DNA from: the human T2T-CHM13v2.0 reference genome, Homo sapiens
Assembly (NCBI RefSeq): GCF_009914755.1
Contig: NC_060946.1
Strand: one strand, 5' to 3'
DNA: 64,000 nucleotides
Shown here: positions 18,001 through 31,092 of the stretch, piece by piece
How positions within the stretch are numbered: the first letter of the stretch is position 1
Layout: each line of letters begins with the position of its first letter
Notes under the pieces: model-generated
What the model was told of the DNA's origin: nothing
The model's database searches: none
What the model saw: only the letters and a program-made list of their open reading frames with translations
Translations under genes and position numbers: made by a program

Positions 18001-21000
18001 TAAAATATCAAAGTACACCAGATATATATTTTATAGTGTACATAAAATATAAAAGTACCCAAACTATACATTACAAACTGTACATAAAATATGAAATTAC
18101 ATCAAATATATATTATCTTAGGAACATAAAATATGAAAGTACATCAAATATAGATTATTAACTGTACATAAAATATCAAAGTACCCCAAATATATATTAT
18201 ATAGTGTGCATGAAATATCAAAGTTCACAAACTATATATTATATACTGTACATAAAATATCAAAGTACCCAAGGTATATATTCTATACTGTACAAAAAAT
18301 ATGAAAGTACCCAAAGCATGTATTATATACTGTACATAATATATGAAAGTACATCAAATATATATTTTATTCTGTACATAAAATAACAAAGTACACAGAT
18401 ATATATTTTATAGTGTACATAAAATATCAAAGTACCCAAACTATACATTACATACTGTACATAAAATATGAAATTACATCAAATATATATTATATTAGGA
18501 ACATAAAATATGAAAGTACATCAAATATAGATTATTAACTGTACATAAAATATCAAAGAACCCCAAATATATATTATATACTGTACATGATATATCAAAC
18601 TTCACAAACTATATATTATATACTGTACATAATATATCAAAGTACCCAAGGTATATATTCTATACTGTACAAAAAATATCAAAGTACCCAAACCATATAT
18701 TATATACTGTACATAAAATATGAAAGTACATCAAATATATATTTTATTCTGTACATAAAATATCAAAGTACACCAGATATATATTTTATAGTGTACATAA
18801 AATATCAAAGTTCCCAAACTATACATTATATACTCTACATAAAATATGAAATTACATCAAATATATATTATATTAGTTACGTAAAATATGAAAGTACATC
18901 AAATATAGATTATATACTGTACAGAAAATATCAAAGTACCCCAAATATATATTATATACTGTACATGAAATATCAAAGTTCACAAACTATATATTATATA
19001 CTGTACATAAAATATCAAAGTACCCAAGGTATATATTCTATACTGTACAAAAAATATCAAAGTACCCAAAGCATGTATTATATACTGTACATAAAATATG
19101 AAAGTACATCAAATATATATTTGATGCTGTACATAAAATAACAAAGTACACCAGATATATATTTTATAGTGTACATAAAATATCAAAGTACCCAAACTAT
19201 ACATTACACACTGTACATAAAATATAAAATTACATCAAATATATATTATATTAGGAACATAAAATATGAAAGTACATCAAATATAGATTATTAACTGTAC
19301 ATAAAATATCAAAGAACCCCAAATATATATTATATACTGGACATGAGATATCAAACTTCACAATCTATATATTATATACTGTACATAAAATATCAAAGTA
19401 CCCAAGGTATATATTCTATACTGTACAAAAAATATCAAAGTACACAAAGCATGTATTATATACTCTACATAAAAGATGAAAGTACATCAAATATATATTT
19501 TATTCTGTACATAAAATATCAAAGTACACAAGATATATATTATATAGTGTACATAAAATATCAAAGTACCCAAACTATACATTATATACTGTACATAAAA
19601 TATGAAATTACATCAAATATGTATTATATTAGGTACATAAAATATGAAAGTACATCAAATATAGATTATATACTGTACATAAAATATAAAAGTACCCCAA
19701 ATATATATTATATACTGTACATGAAATATCAAAATACACAAACTATATATTATATAATGTAGAAAAAATATCAAAGTACCGAAAGCAAGTATTATATACT
19801 GTACATAAAATATGAAAGTACATCAAATATATATTTTATTCTGTACATAAAATATCAAAGTACACCAGATATATATTTAATAGTGTACATAAAACATCAA
19901 GGTAAACAAACTATACATTATATACTGTACATAAAATATGAAATTACATCAAATATATGTTATAGTAGGAACATAAAATATGAAAGTATATCAAGTATAG
20001 ATTATTAACTGTACATAAAATATCAAAGAACCCCAAATATATATTATATACTGTACATGAAATATCAAAGTTCACAAACTATATATTATATACTGTACAT
20101 AAAATATCAAGGTACCCAAGGTATATATTCTATACTGTACAAAAAATATCAAAGTACCCAAAGCATGTATTATATACTGTACATAAAATATGAGAATACA
20201 TCAAATATATATTTTATTCTGTACATAAAATAACAAAGTACACAAGATATATATTTTATAGTGTACATAAAATATCAAAGCATCCAAACTATACATTACA
20301 TACTGTACATAAAATATGAAATTACATCAAATATATATTATATTAGGAACATAAAATATGAAAGTACATCAAATATAGATTATTAACTGTACATAAAATA
20401 TCAAAGAACCCCAAATATATATTATATACTGTACATGATATATCAAACTTCACAAACTATATATTATATACTGTACATAATATATCAAAGTACCCAAGGT
20501 ATATATTCTATACTGTACAAAAAATATCAAAGTACCCAAACCATGTATTATATACTGTACATAAAATATGAAAGTACATCAAATATATATTTTATTCTTT
20601 ACATAAAATATCAAAGTACACCAGATATATATTTTATAGTGTACATAAAATATCAAAGTTCCCAAACTATACATTATATACTCTACATAAAATATGAAAT
20701 TACATCAAATATATATTATTTTAGTTACGTAAAATATGAAAGTACATCAAATATAGATTATATACTGTACAGAAAATATCAAAGTACCCCAAATATATAT
20801 TATATACTGTACATGAAATATCAAAATTCACAAACTATATATTATATACTGTACATAAAATATCAAAGTACCCAAGGTATATATTCTATACTGTACAAAA
20901 AATATCAAAGTACCCAAAGCATGTATTATATACTGTACATAAAATATGAAAGTACATCAAATATATATTTTATTCTGTACATAAAATAACAAAGTACACC

Positions 21001-24000
21001 AGATATATATTTTATAGTGTACATAAAATATCAAAGTACCCAAACTATACATTACATACTGTACATAAAATATAAAATTACATCAAATATATATTATATT
21101 AGGAACATAAATTATGAAAGTACATCAAATATAGATTATTAACTGTACATAAAATATCAAAGAACCCCAAATATATATTATATACTGGACATGAGATATC
21201 AAACTTCACAATCTATATATTATATACTGTACATAAAATATCAAAGTACCCAAGGTATATATTCTATACTGTACAAAAAATATCAAAGTACACAAAGCAT
21301 GTATTATATACTCTACATAAAAGATGAAAGTACATCAAATATATATTTTATTCTGTACATAAAATATCAAAGTACACCAGATATATATTATATAGTGTAC
21401 ATAAAATATCAAAGTACCCAAACTATACATTATATACTGTACATAAAATATGAAATTACATCAAATATGTATTATATTAGGTATACAAAATATGAAAGTA
21501 CATCAAATATAGATTATATACTGTACATAAAATATAAAAGTAACCCAAATATATATTATATACTGTACATGAAATATCAAAATACACAAACTATATATTA
21601 TATAATGTAGAAAAAATATCAAAGTACCGAAAGCAAGTATTATATACTGTACATAAAATATGAAAGTACATCAAATATATATTTTATTCTGTACATAAAA
21701 TATCAAAGTACACCAGATATATATTTAATAGTGTACATAAAACATCAAGGTAAACAAACTATACATTATATACTGTACATAAAATATGAAATTACATCAA
21801 ATATGTATTATATTAGGTACATAAAATATGAAAGTACATCAAATATAGATTATATACTGTACAGAAAATATCAAAGTACCCCAAATATATATTATATACT
21901 GTACATGAAATATCAAAGTTCACAAACTATATATTATATACTGTACATAAAATATCAAAGTACCCAAGGTATATATTCTATACTGTACAAAAAATATCAA
22001 AGTACCCAAAGCATGTATTATATACAGTACATAAAATATGAAAGTAAATCAAATATATATTTTATTTTGTACATAAAATAACAAAGTACACCAGATATAT
22101 ATTTTATAGTGTACATAAAATATCAAAGTACCCAAACTATACATTACATACTGTACATAAAATATGAAATTACATCAAATATATATTATATTAGGTACAT
22201 AAAATATGAAAGTACATCAAATATAGATTATATACTGTACATAAAATATCAAAGTACCCCAAATATATATTATATACTGTACATGAAATATCAAAGTTCA
22301 CAAACTATATATTATATACTGTACATAAAATATCAAAGTACCCAAGTATATATTCTATAATGTACAGAAAATATCAAAGTACCCAAAGCATGTATTATAT
22401 TCTGTACATAAAATATGAAAGTACATGAAATATATATTTTATTCTGTACATAAAATATCAAAGTACACCAAATATATATTCTATACTGTACATAAAATAT
22501 CAAAGTACCCAAACTATACATTATATACTGTACATAAAATATGAAATTACATCAAAAATATATTATATTAGGTACATAAAATATGAAAGTATACCAAATA
22601 TAGATTATATACTGTACATAAAATATCAAAGTACCCCAAATTTATATTATATACTGTAGATGAAATATCAAAGTTCACAAAGTATATATTATATACTGTA
22701 CATAAAATATCAAAGTACCCAAGGTATATATTCTATACTGTACAAAAAATATCAAAGTACCCAAAGCATGTATTATATACTGTACATAAAATATGAAAGT
22801 ACATCAAATATATATTTTATTCTGTACAACAAATATCAAAGTACACCAAATATATATTCTATACTGTACATAAAATATCAAAGTACCCAAACTATACATT
22901 ATATACTATACATAAAATATGAAATTACATGAAATATATATTATATTAGGTACATAAAATATGAAAGTACATCAAATATAGATTATATACGGTACATAAA
23001 ATACCAAAGTACCCCAAATATATATTTTATACTGTACATGAAATATCAAAGTTCACAAACTGTATATTATATACTGTACATAAAATATCAAAGTACCCAA
23101 GGTATATATTCTATACTGTACAAAAAATATCAAAGTACCCAAAGCATGTATTATATACTGTACATAAAATATGAAAGTACATCAAATATATATTTCATTC
23201 TGTACATAAAATATCAAAGTACACCAAATATATATTCTATAGTGTACATAAAATATCAAAGTACCCAAACTATACATTATATACTGTACATAAAATATGA
23301 AATTACATCAATTATATATTATATTAGGTACATAAAATATGAAAGTACAAATATAGATTATATACTGTACATAAAATATCAAAGTATACTGTACATAAAA
23401 TATGAAATTACATCAAAAATATATTATATTAGGTACATAAAATATGAAAGTACATCAAATATAGATTATATACTGTACAAAAAATATCAAAGTACCCCAA
23501 ATATATATTATATACTGTACATGAAATATCAAAGTTCACAAAGTATATATTATATACTGTACATAAAATATCAAAGTACCTAAGGTATATATTCTATAAT
23601 GTACAGAAAATATCAAAGTACCCAAAGCATGTATTATATTCTGTACATAAAATATGAAAGTACATGAAATATATATTTTATTCTGTAAATAAAATATCAA
23701 AGTACACCAAATATATATTCTATACTGTACATAAAATATCAAAGTACCCAAACTATACATTATATACTGTACATAAAATATGAAATTACATGAAATATAT
23801 ATTATATTAGGTACATAAAATATGAAAGTACATCAAATATAGATTATATACTGTACATAAAATATCAAAGTACCACAAATTTATATTATATACTGTAGAT
23901 GAAATATCAAAGTTCACAAACTGTATATTATATACTGTACATAAAATATCAAAGTACCCAAGGTATATATTCTATACTGCACAAAAAATATCAAAGTACC

Positions 24001-27000
24001 CAAAGCATGTATTATATACTGTACATAAAATATGAAAGTACATCAAATATATATTTTATTCTGTACATAAAATATGAAAGTACACCAAATATGTATTCTA
24101 TAGTGTACATAAAATATCAAAGTACCTAAACTATACATTATATAGTGTACATAAAATATGAAATTACATCAAATATATATTATATTAGGTACATAAAATA
24201 TGAAAGTACATCAAATATAGATTGTATACTGTACATAAAATATCAAAGTACCCCAAATATATATTATATACTGTACATGAAATATCAAAGTTCACAAACT
24301 ATATATTATATACTGTACATAAAATATCAAAGTACCCAAGGTATATATTCTATAATGTACAGAAAATATCAAAGTACCCAAAGCATGTATTATATTCTGT
24401 ACATAAAATATGAAAGTACATGAAATATATATTTTATTCTGTACATAAAATATCAAAGTACACCAAATATATATTCTATACTGTACATAAAATATCAAAG
24501 TACCCAAACTATACATTATATACTGTACATAAAATATGAAATTACATCAAAAATATATTATATTAGGTACATAAAATATGAAAGTACATCAAATATAGAT
24601 TATATACTGTACATAAAATATCAAAGTACCCCAAATTTATATTATATACTGTAGATGAAATATCAAAGTTCACAAACTATATATTATATACTGTACATAA
24701 AATATCAAAGTACCCAAGGTATATATTCTATACTGTACAAAAAATATCAAAGTACCCAAAGCATGTATTATATACTGTACATAAAATATGAAAGTACATC
24801 AAATATATATTTTATTCTGTACATAAAATATCAAAGTACACCAAATATATATTCTATAGTGTACATAAAATATCAAAGTACCCAAACTATACATTATATA
24901 GTGTATATAAAATATGAAATTACATCAAATACATATTATATTAGGTACATAAAATATGAAAGTACATCAAATATAGATTATATACTGTACATAAAATATC
25001 AAAGTACCCCAAATATATATTATATACTGTACATGAAATATCAAAGTTCACAAACTATATATTATATACTGTACCTAAAATATCAATGTACCCAAGGTAT
25101 ATATTCTATACTGTACAAAATATATCAAAGTACCCAAAGCATGTATTATATACTGTACATAAAATATGAAAGTACATCAAATATATATTTTATTCTGTAC
25201 ATAAAATATCAAAGTACACCAAATATATATTCTATACTGTACATAAAATATCAAAGTACCCAAACTATACATTATATACTGTACATAAAATATGAAATTA
25301 CATCAAAAATATATATTAGGTACATAAAATATGAAAGTACATCAAATATAGATTACATACTGTACATAAAATATCAAAGTACACAAATATTTATTGTTCA
25401 CTCTAAATAAAATATCAAAGTAACCAAACTATATATTATATATTGTACATAAAAAATCAAAGTACACAAACTATATATTTTATACTGTACATAAAATATC
25501 AAAGTAAACCAAATATATATTCTATACTGTACATAAAATACCGAAGCACATCAAATATATATTCTATACTGTACATAAAATATCAAACTACCCAAACATA
25601 TATTGTATACTGTACCTTATATATCAAAGTACCCAAATTATATATTTTATACTGTACATAAACTATCAAAGTGCCCAAACTATAAATTATATACTGTACA
25701 TAAAATATGAACTTACATCAAATACATATTATATTAGGTACATAAAATATGAAAGTACATCAAATATAGATTTTATACTGTACATAAGATATCAAAGTAC
25801 CACAAATATATATTATACACTGTTCATGAAATATCAAAGTATACAAACTGTATATTATATACTGTACATAAAAGATCAATGTACCCAAAGTATATATTAT
25901 ATACTGTACATAAAATATCAAAGTACCCAATGTGTAGATTATATACCGTACATAAAATATGAAAGTACATCAAATATAGATTATATACTGTACATAATAT
26001 ATCAAACTACCCCAAATATATATTATATACTGTACATGAAATATAAAAGTACACAAACTATATATTATATACTGTATATAAAATATCAAAGTACCCATAG
26101 TATATATTCTATACTGTACAAAAAATATCAAAGTACCCAAAGCATGTATTATATACTGTGCATAAAATATGAAAGTACATCAAATATATATTTAATACTG
26201 TACATAAAATATCAAAGTACACCAAATATATATTCTACACTGTACATAAAATATCAAAGTACCCAAAGCATGTATTATATACTGTACATAAAATATCAAA
26301 TTACACAAAGATTTATTGTGCACTCTAAATAAAATATCAAAGTAACCAAACTATATATTATATATTGTACATAAAAAATCAAAGTACCCAAACTATATAT
26401 TTTATACTGTACATAAAATATCAAAGTACACCAAATATATATTCTATACTGTACATAAAATACCGAAGCACATCAAATATATATTCTATACTGTACATAA
26501 AATATCAAACTACCCAAACATATATTGTATACTGTACCTAATATATCAAAGTACCCAAATTATATATTTTATACTGTACATAAAATATCAAAGTACCCAA
26601 ACTCTACATTATATACTGTACATACAAAATGAAATTAAATCAAATATATATTATATTATGTTCATAAAATATGAAAGTACATCAAATATAGATTATATAC
26701 TGTACATAAAATATCAAAGTACCCCAAATATATATTATATACTGTACATGAATTATCAAAGTACACAAACTTTATATTATATACAGTACATAAAATATCA
26801 AAGTACCGAAAGTATATATTGTATACTGTACAAAAAATATCAAAGTACCCAAAACATGTATTATATACCGTACATAAAATATGAAAGTACATCAAATATA
26901 TATTTTATTCTGTACACAAAATATCAACGTACACCAAATATACATTCTATACTGTACATAAAATATCAAAGTACCCAAAGCATGTATTATATACTGTACA

Positions 27001-30000
27001 TAAAATATCAAAGTACACAACATTTATTGTGAACTCTAAATAAAATATCAAATAACCAAAGTATATATTATATATTCTACATAAAAAAGCATAGTACCCA
27101 ATCTGTATATTTTATACTGTACATATAATATCAAAGTACACCTAATATATATTCTATACTCTACATAAAATATCACAGTACCCAAACACATATTATATAC
27201 TGTACATAAAATATCAAAGTATACCAAATATATATTCTATACTGTACATAAAATACCAAAGTGCACCAAATATATATTCTATACTGTACATAAAATCTCA
27301 AACTACCCAAACATATATTGTATACTGTACATAATGTATCAAAGTACCCAAATTATGTATTTTATACTGTACATAAAATAACAAAGTACCCAAACTATAC
27401 ATTATATACTGTACATAAAATATGAACTTACATCCAATATATATTATATTAGGTACATAAAATACGAAAGTACATCAAATATAGATTATATACTGTACAT
27501 AAAATATCAGAGTACCCCAAATATATATTATATACCGTATATGAAATATCAAAGTATACAAACTATATATTGTATAGTGTACATAAAATATCAAAGTACC
27601 CAAAGTACATATTATATACTGTACCTAAAATATCAAAGTACACAAAGTATAGATTATATACTGTACATAAATATGAAAGTACATCAAATATATATTTTAC
27701 TCTGTACATAAAATATCAAAGTACACCAAATATATATTCTATACTGTACATAAAATATCAAAATACCCAAAGCATGTATTATATACTGTACATAAAATAT
27801 CAAAGTACACAAACGTTTATTGTGAACTCTAAATAAAATATCAAAGTAACCAAATTATACATTATATATTGTACATAAAAAATCAAAGTACACAAACTAT
27901 ATATTTTATACTGTACATAAAATATCAAAGTACACAAAATATATATTCTATAATTTACATAAAATATCAAAGTAACCAAAGCATGTATTATATACTGTAC
28001 ATAAAATATCAAAGTACACAAACATTTATTGTGAACTCTAAATAAAATATCAAATTAACCAAATTATACATTATATATTGTACATAAAAAATCAAAGTAT
28101 ACAAACTATATATTTTATTCTGTACATAAAATATGAAAGTACACCAAATATATATTCTATACTGTACATAAAATACCAAAGTACACCATATATATACTCT
28201 ATACTGTACATAAAATATCAAACTACCCAAACATATATTGTATACTGTACATAATATATCAAAGTACCCAAATTATGTATTTTATAATGTACGTAAAATA
28301 TCAAAGTACCCAAACTATACATTATATACTGTACATAAAATATGAACTTACATCAAATATATATTATATTAGGTACATAAAATATGAAAGTACATCAAAT
28401 ATAGATTATACACTGTACATAAAATATCAGAGTACCCTAAATATATATTATATACTGTACATGAAATATCAAAGTATACAAACTATGTATTATATACTGT
28501 ACATAAAATATCAAAGTATCCAAAGTATATATTGTATACTGTACATAAAATATCAAACTACCCAAACTCAGATTGTATACTGTACCTAGTATATCAAAGT
28601 ACCCAAATTATATATTTTATGCTGTACAAAAAATATCAAAGTACCCAAACTATACATTATATACTGTACATAAAATATGAAATTACATCAAATATATATT
28701 ATATTAGGTACATATAATATGAAAGTACATCAAATATAGATTATATAGTGTACATAAAATATCAAAGTACCCCAAATATATATTATATACTGTACATGAA
28801 ATATCAGAGTACACAAACTATATATTATATACTGTACATAAAATATCAAAGTACCCAAAGTATATATTCTATACTGTACAAAAAATATCAAAGTACCCAA
28901 AGCATGTATTACATACCGTACATAAAATATGAAAGTACATCAAATATATATTTTATTCTGTACGTAAAATATCAAAGTACACCAAATATACATTCTATAC
29001 TGTACATAAAATATCAAAGGACCCAAAGCATTTATTATATACTCTACATAAAATATCAAAGTACACAAACATTTATTTTGAACTCTAAATAAAATATCAA
29101 AGTATCCAAACTATATATTATATATTGTACATAAAATATCAAAGTACCCAACTATATATTTTATACTGTACATAAAATATCAAAGTACACCTAATATATA
29201 TTCTATACTCTACATAAAATATCAAAGTACCCAAACATTTATTATATACTCTACATAAAATATCAAAGTACACCAAATATATATTCTATACTGTACATAA
29301 ATTTCCAAAGTGCACCAAATATATATTCTATACTGTACATAAAATATCAAACTACCCAAACATATATTGTATACTGTACATAATATATCAAAGTACCCAA
29401 ATTATATATTTTATACTGTACATAAACTATCAATGTGCCCAAACTTTACATTATATACTGTACATAAAATATGAAGTTACATCAAAAACATATTATATTA
29501 GGTTCATAAAATATAAAAGTACATCAAATATAGATTATATACTGTACATAATATATCAGAGTACCCCAAATATATATTATATACTGTACATGAAATATCA
29601 AAGTATACAAACTATATATTATATACTGTACATAAAATGTCAAAGTACCCAAATTATATATTATATACTGTACATAAAATAATCTATCCAATGTATAGAT
29701 TATATACCGTACATATAATATGAAATTACATCAAATATATATTTTATTCTGTACATAAAATATCAAAGTACACCAAACATATATTCTATACTGTACATAA
29801 AATATCAAGGTACACCTAATATATATTCTATACTGTACATAAAATATCAAACTACCCAAACATATATTATATTCTGTACATAATATATCAAAGTACCCAA
29901 ACTATATATTTTATACTGTACATAAAATATCAAAGTACCCAAACTATACATTCTATACTGTACGTAAAATATGAAATTACACCAAATATATATTAGGTAC

Positions 30001-30665
30001 ATCAAATATGAAAGTACATGAAATATAGATTATATACTGTACATAAAATACCAAAGTACCCCAAATATATATTATATACTGTACATGAAATATCAAAGTA
30101 CACAAATTATATATTATATACTGTACTTAAAATATCAAAGTATCCGAAGTATATATTATGTACTGTACATAACATATCAAAGTAACCAAACTATATATTT
30201 TTTACGGTACATAAAATATCAAAGTACCCAAAGTACATATCATATACTGTACATAACATATCAAAGTAACCAAACTATATATTATATACTGTACATAAAA
30301 TATGAAAGTACCTAAAGTATATATTATATACTCTACATAAAATATCAAAGTTCTGAAACTATATATTATATACTGTACATAAAATAGAAAAGTACACCAA
30401 ATATATATTCTATACTGTACATAATATAAAAGTACACCAAATATATATTGTATATTGTACATAAAATATCAAAGTATCCAAACATATATTATATAATGTA
30501 CGTAATATATCAAATTACCCAAACTATATGTTTTATTCTGTAAATAAAATATCAAAGTACCCAAACTATTCATTATATACTGTACATAAAATATACTGTA
30601 CATCAAATGTATATTATATTATGTAAATAAAATATGAAAGTATATCAAATATAAATTATATACTG
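1..30665 (+). repeat. Human satellite 1A (HSat1A/SAR), 42-bp AT-rich monomers arranged mostly as a 378-bp 9-mer higher-order repeat; runs off the left edge
   Basis: Core 'tatactgtacataaaatatcaaagtacccaaa' recurs every 42 bp with RsaI GTAC sites. The monomer type 'atgaaatatcaaagttcacaaac' recurs at 3525, 3903, 4281 (variant) and 4659, a 378-bp period. The 14-codon monomer explains the Y/I/K-rich ORFs. Confidence 0.95.
25380..30665 (+). repeat. Diverged terminal layer of HSat1A with additional monomer types
   Basis: Monomers 'tttattgt(g/t)(a/c)actctaaataaaat' (ctct at 25401, 26323, 27034, 27827, 28036, 29083) and 'actacccaaacatatattgtatac' were not seen in the first 25 kb. The regular 378-bp period is lost. 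Confidence 0.75.
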
Positions 30666-31092
30666 AGCTTTCGGAGCAGCCCGGACAGAGCTCTCATGCC
30701 TTTCCACCACCCCACCCCGGCCTGACCACCCCCTCCCGAACCCCGTCTCCCACCCCCGTAAAATGCGTCTTCCCTTGGTCTGGGTGAGGACCCACGTCCT
30801 TCAAAACCTCGGGCCCACCCAGCCTCCAGGCCTGACAACCCTCCGACGGCTCGCCTCCTCTGAGCCTCCACGCCACCGTCGCCGGCCCGTCCGTGCCCCT
30901 GCAGCCTCCCAGCTGCCACCATGGAGTGTCTGGCGGCGGAACGCAGACTTCTAGCCCTCTTTGCCGGCCTCCTGGCTAGACCTGCGCTCATTGCGCACCC
31001 CGGCTCGCGTGCAAGGGAGTCCGCTGGCCTCTCTGTGCCCTTGTCCGTCTATGAAATTCCAACTGAGGCTCTCCCAACACCTTCCGATGCTC
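30663..31092 (+). repeat. D4Z4/LSau fragment: post-KpnI (intron 2-like) sequence joined to a pLAM/DUX4 exon-3-like segment, 5'-truncated by HSat1A
   Basis: 'ggagcagcccggacagagctctcatgcc...cctgcagcctcccagctgcc...cctggctagACCTGCG...gtgcaagggag...cttccgatgc' is co-linear with 45092-45520 at an offset of about 14429 bp. Confidence 0.85.

Noticed and set aside
25-30462. Dozens of Y/I/K-rich ORFs up to 391 aa
   Set aside because: Artefact of a 42-bp (14-codon) satellite with one stop-poor frame; the peptides simply repeat the monomer.
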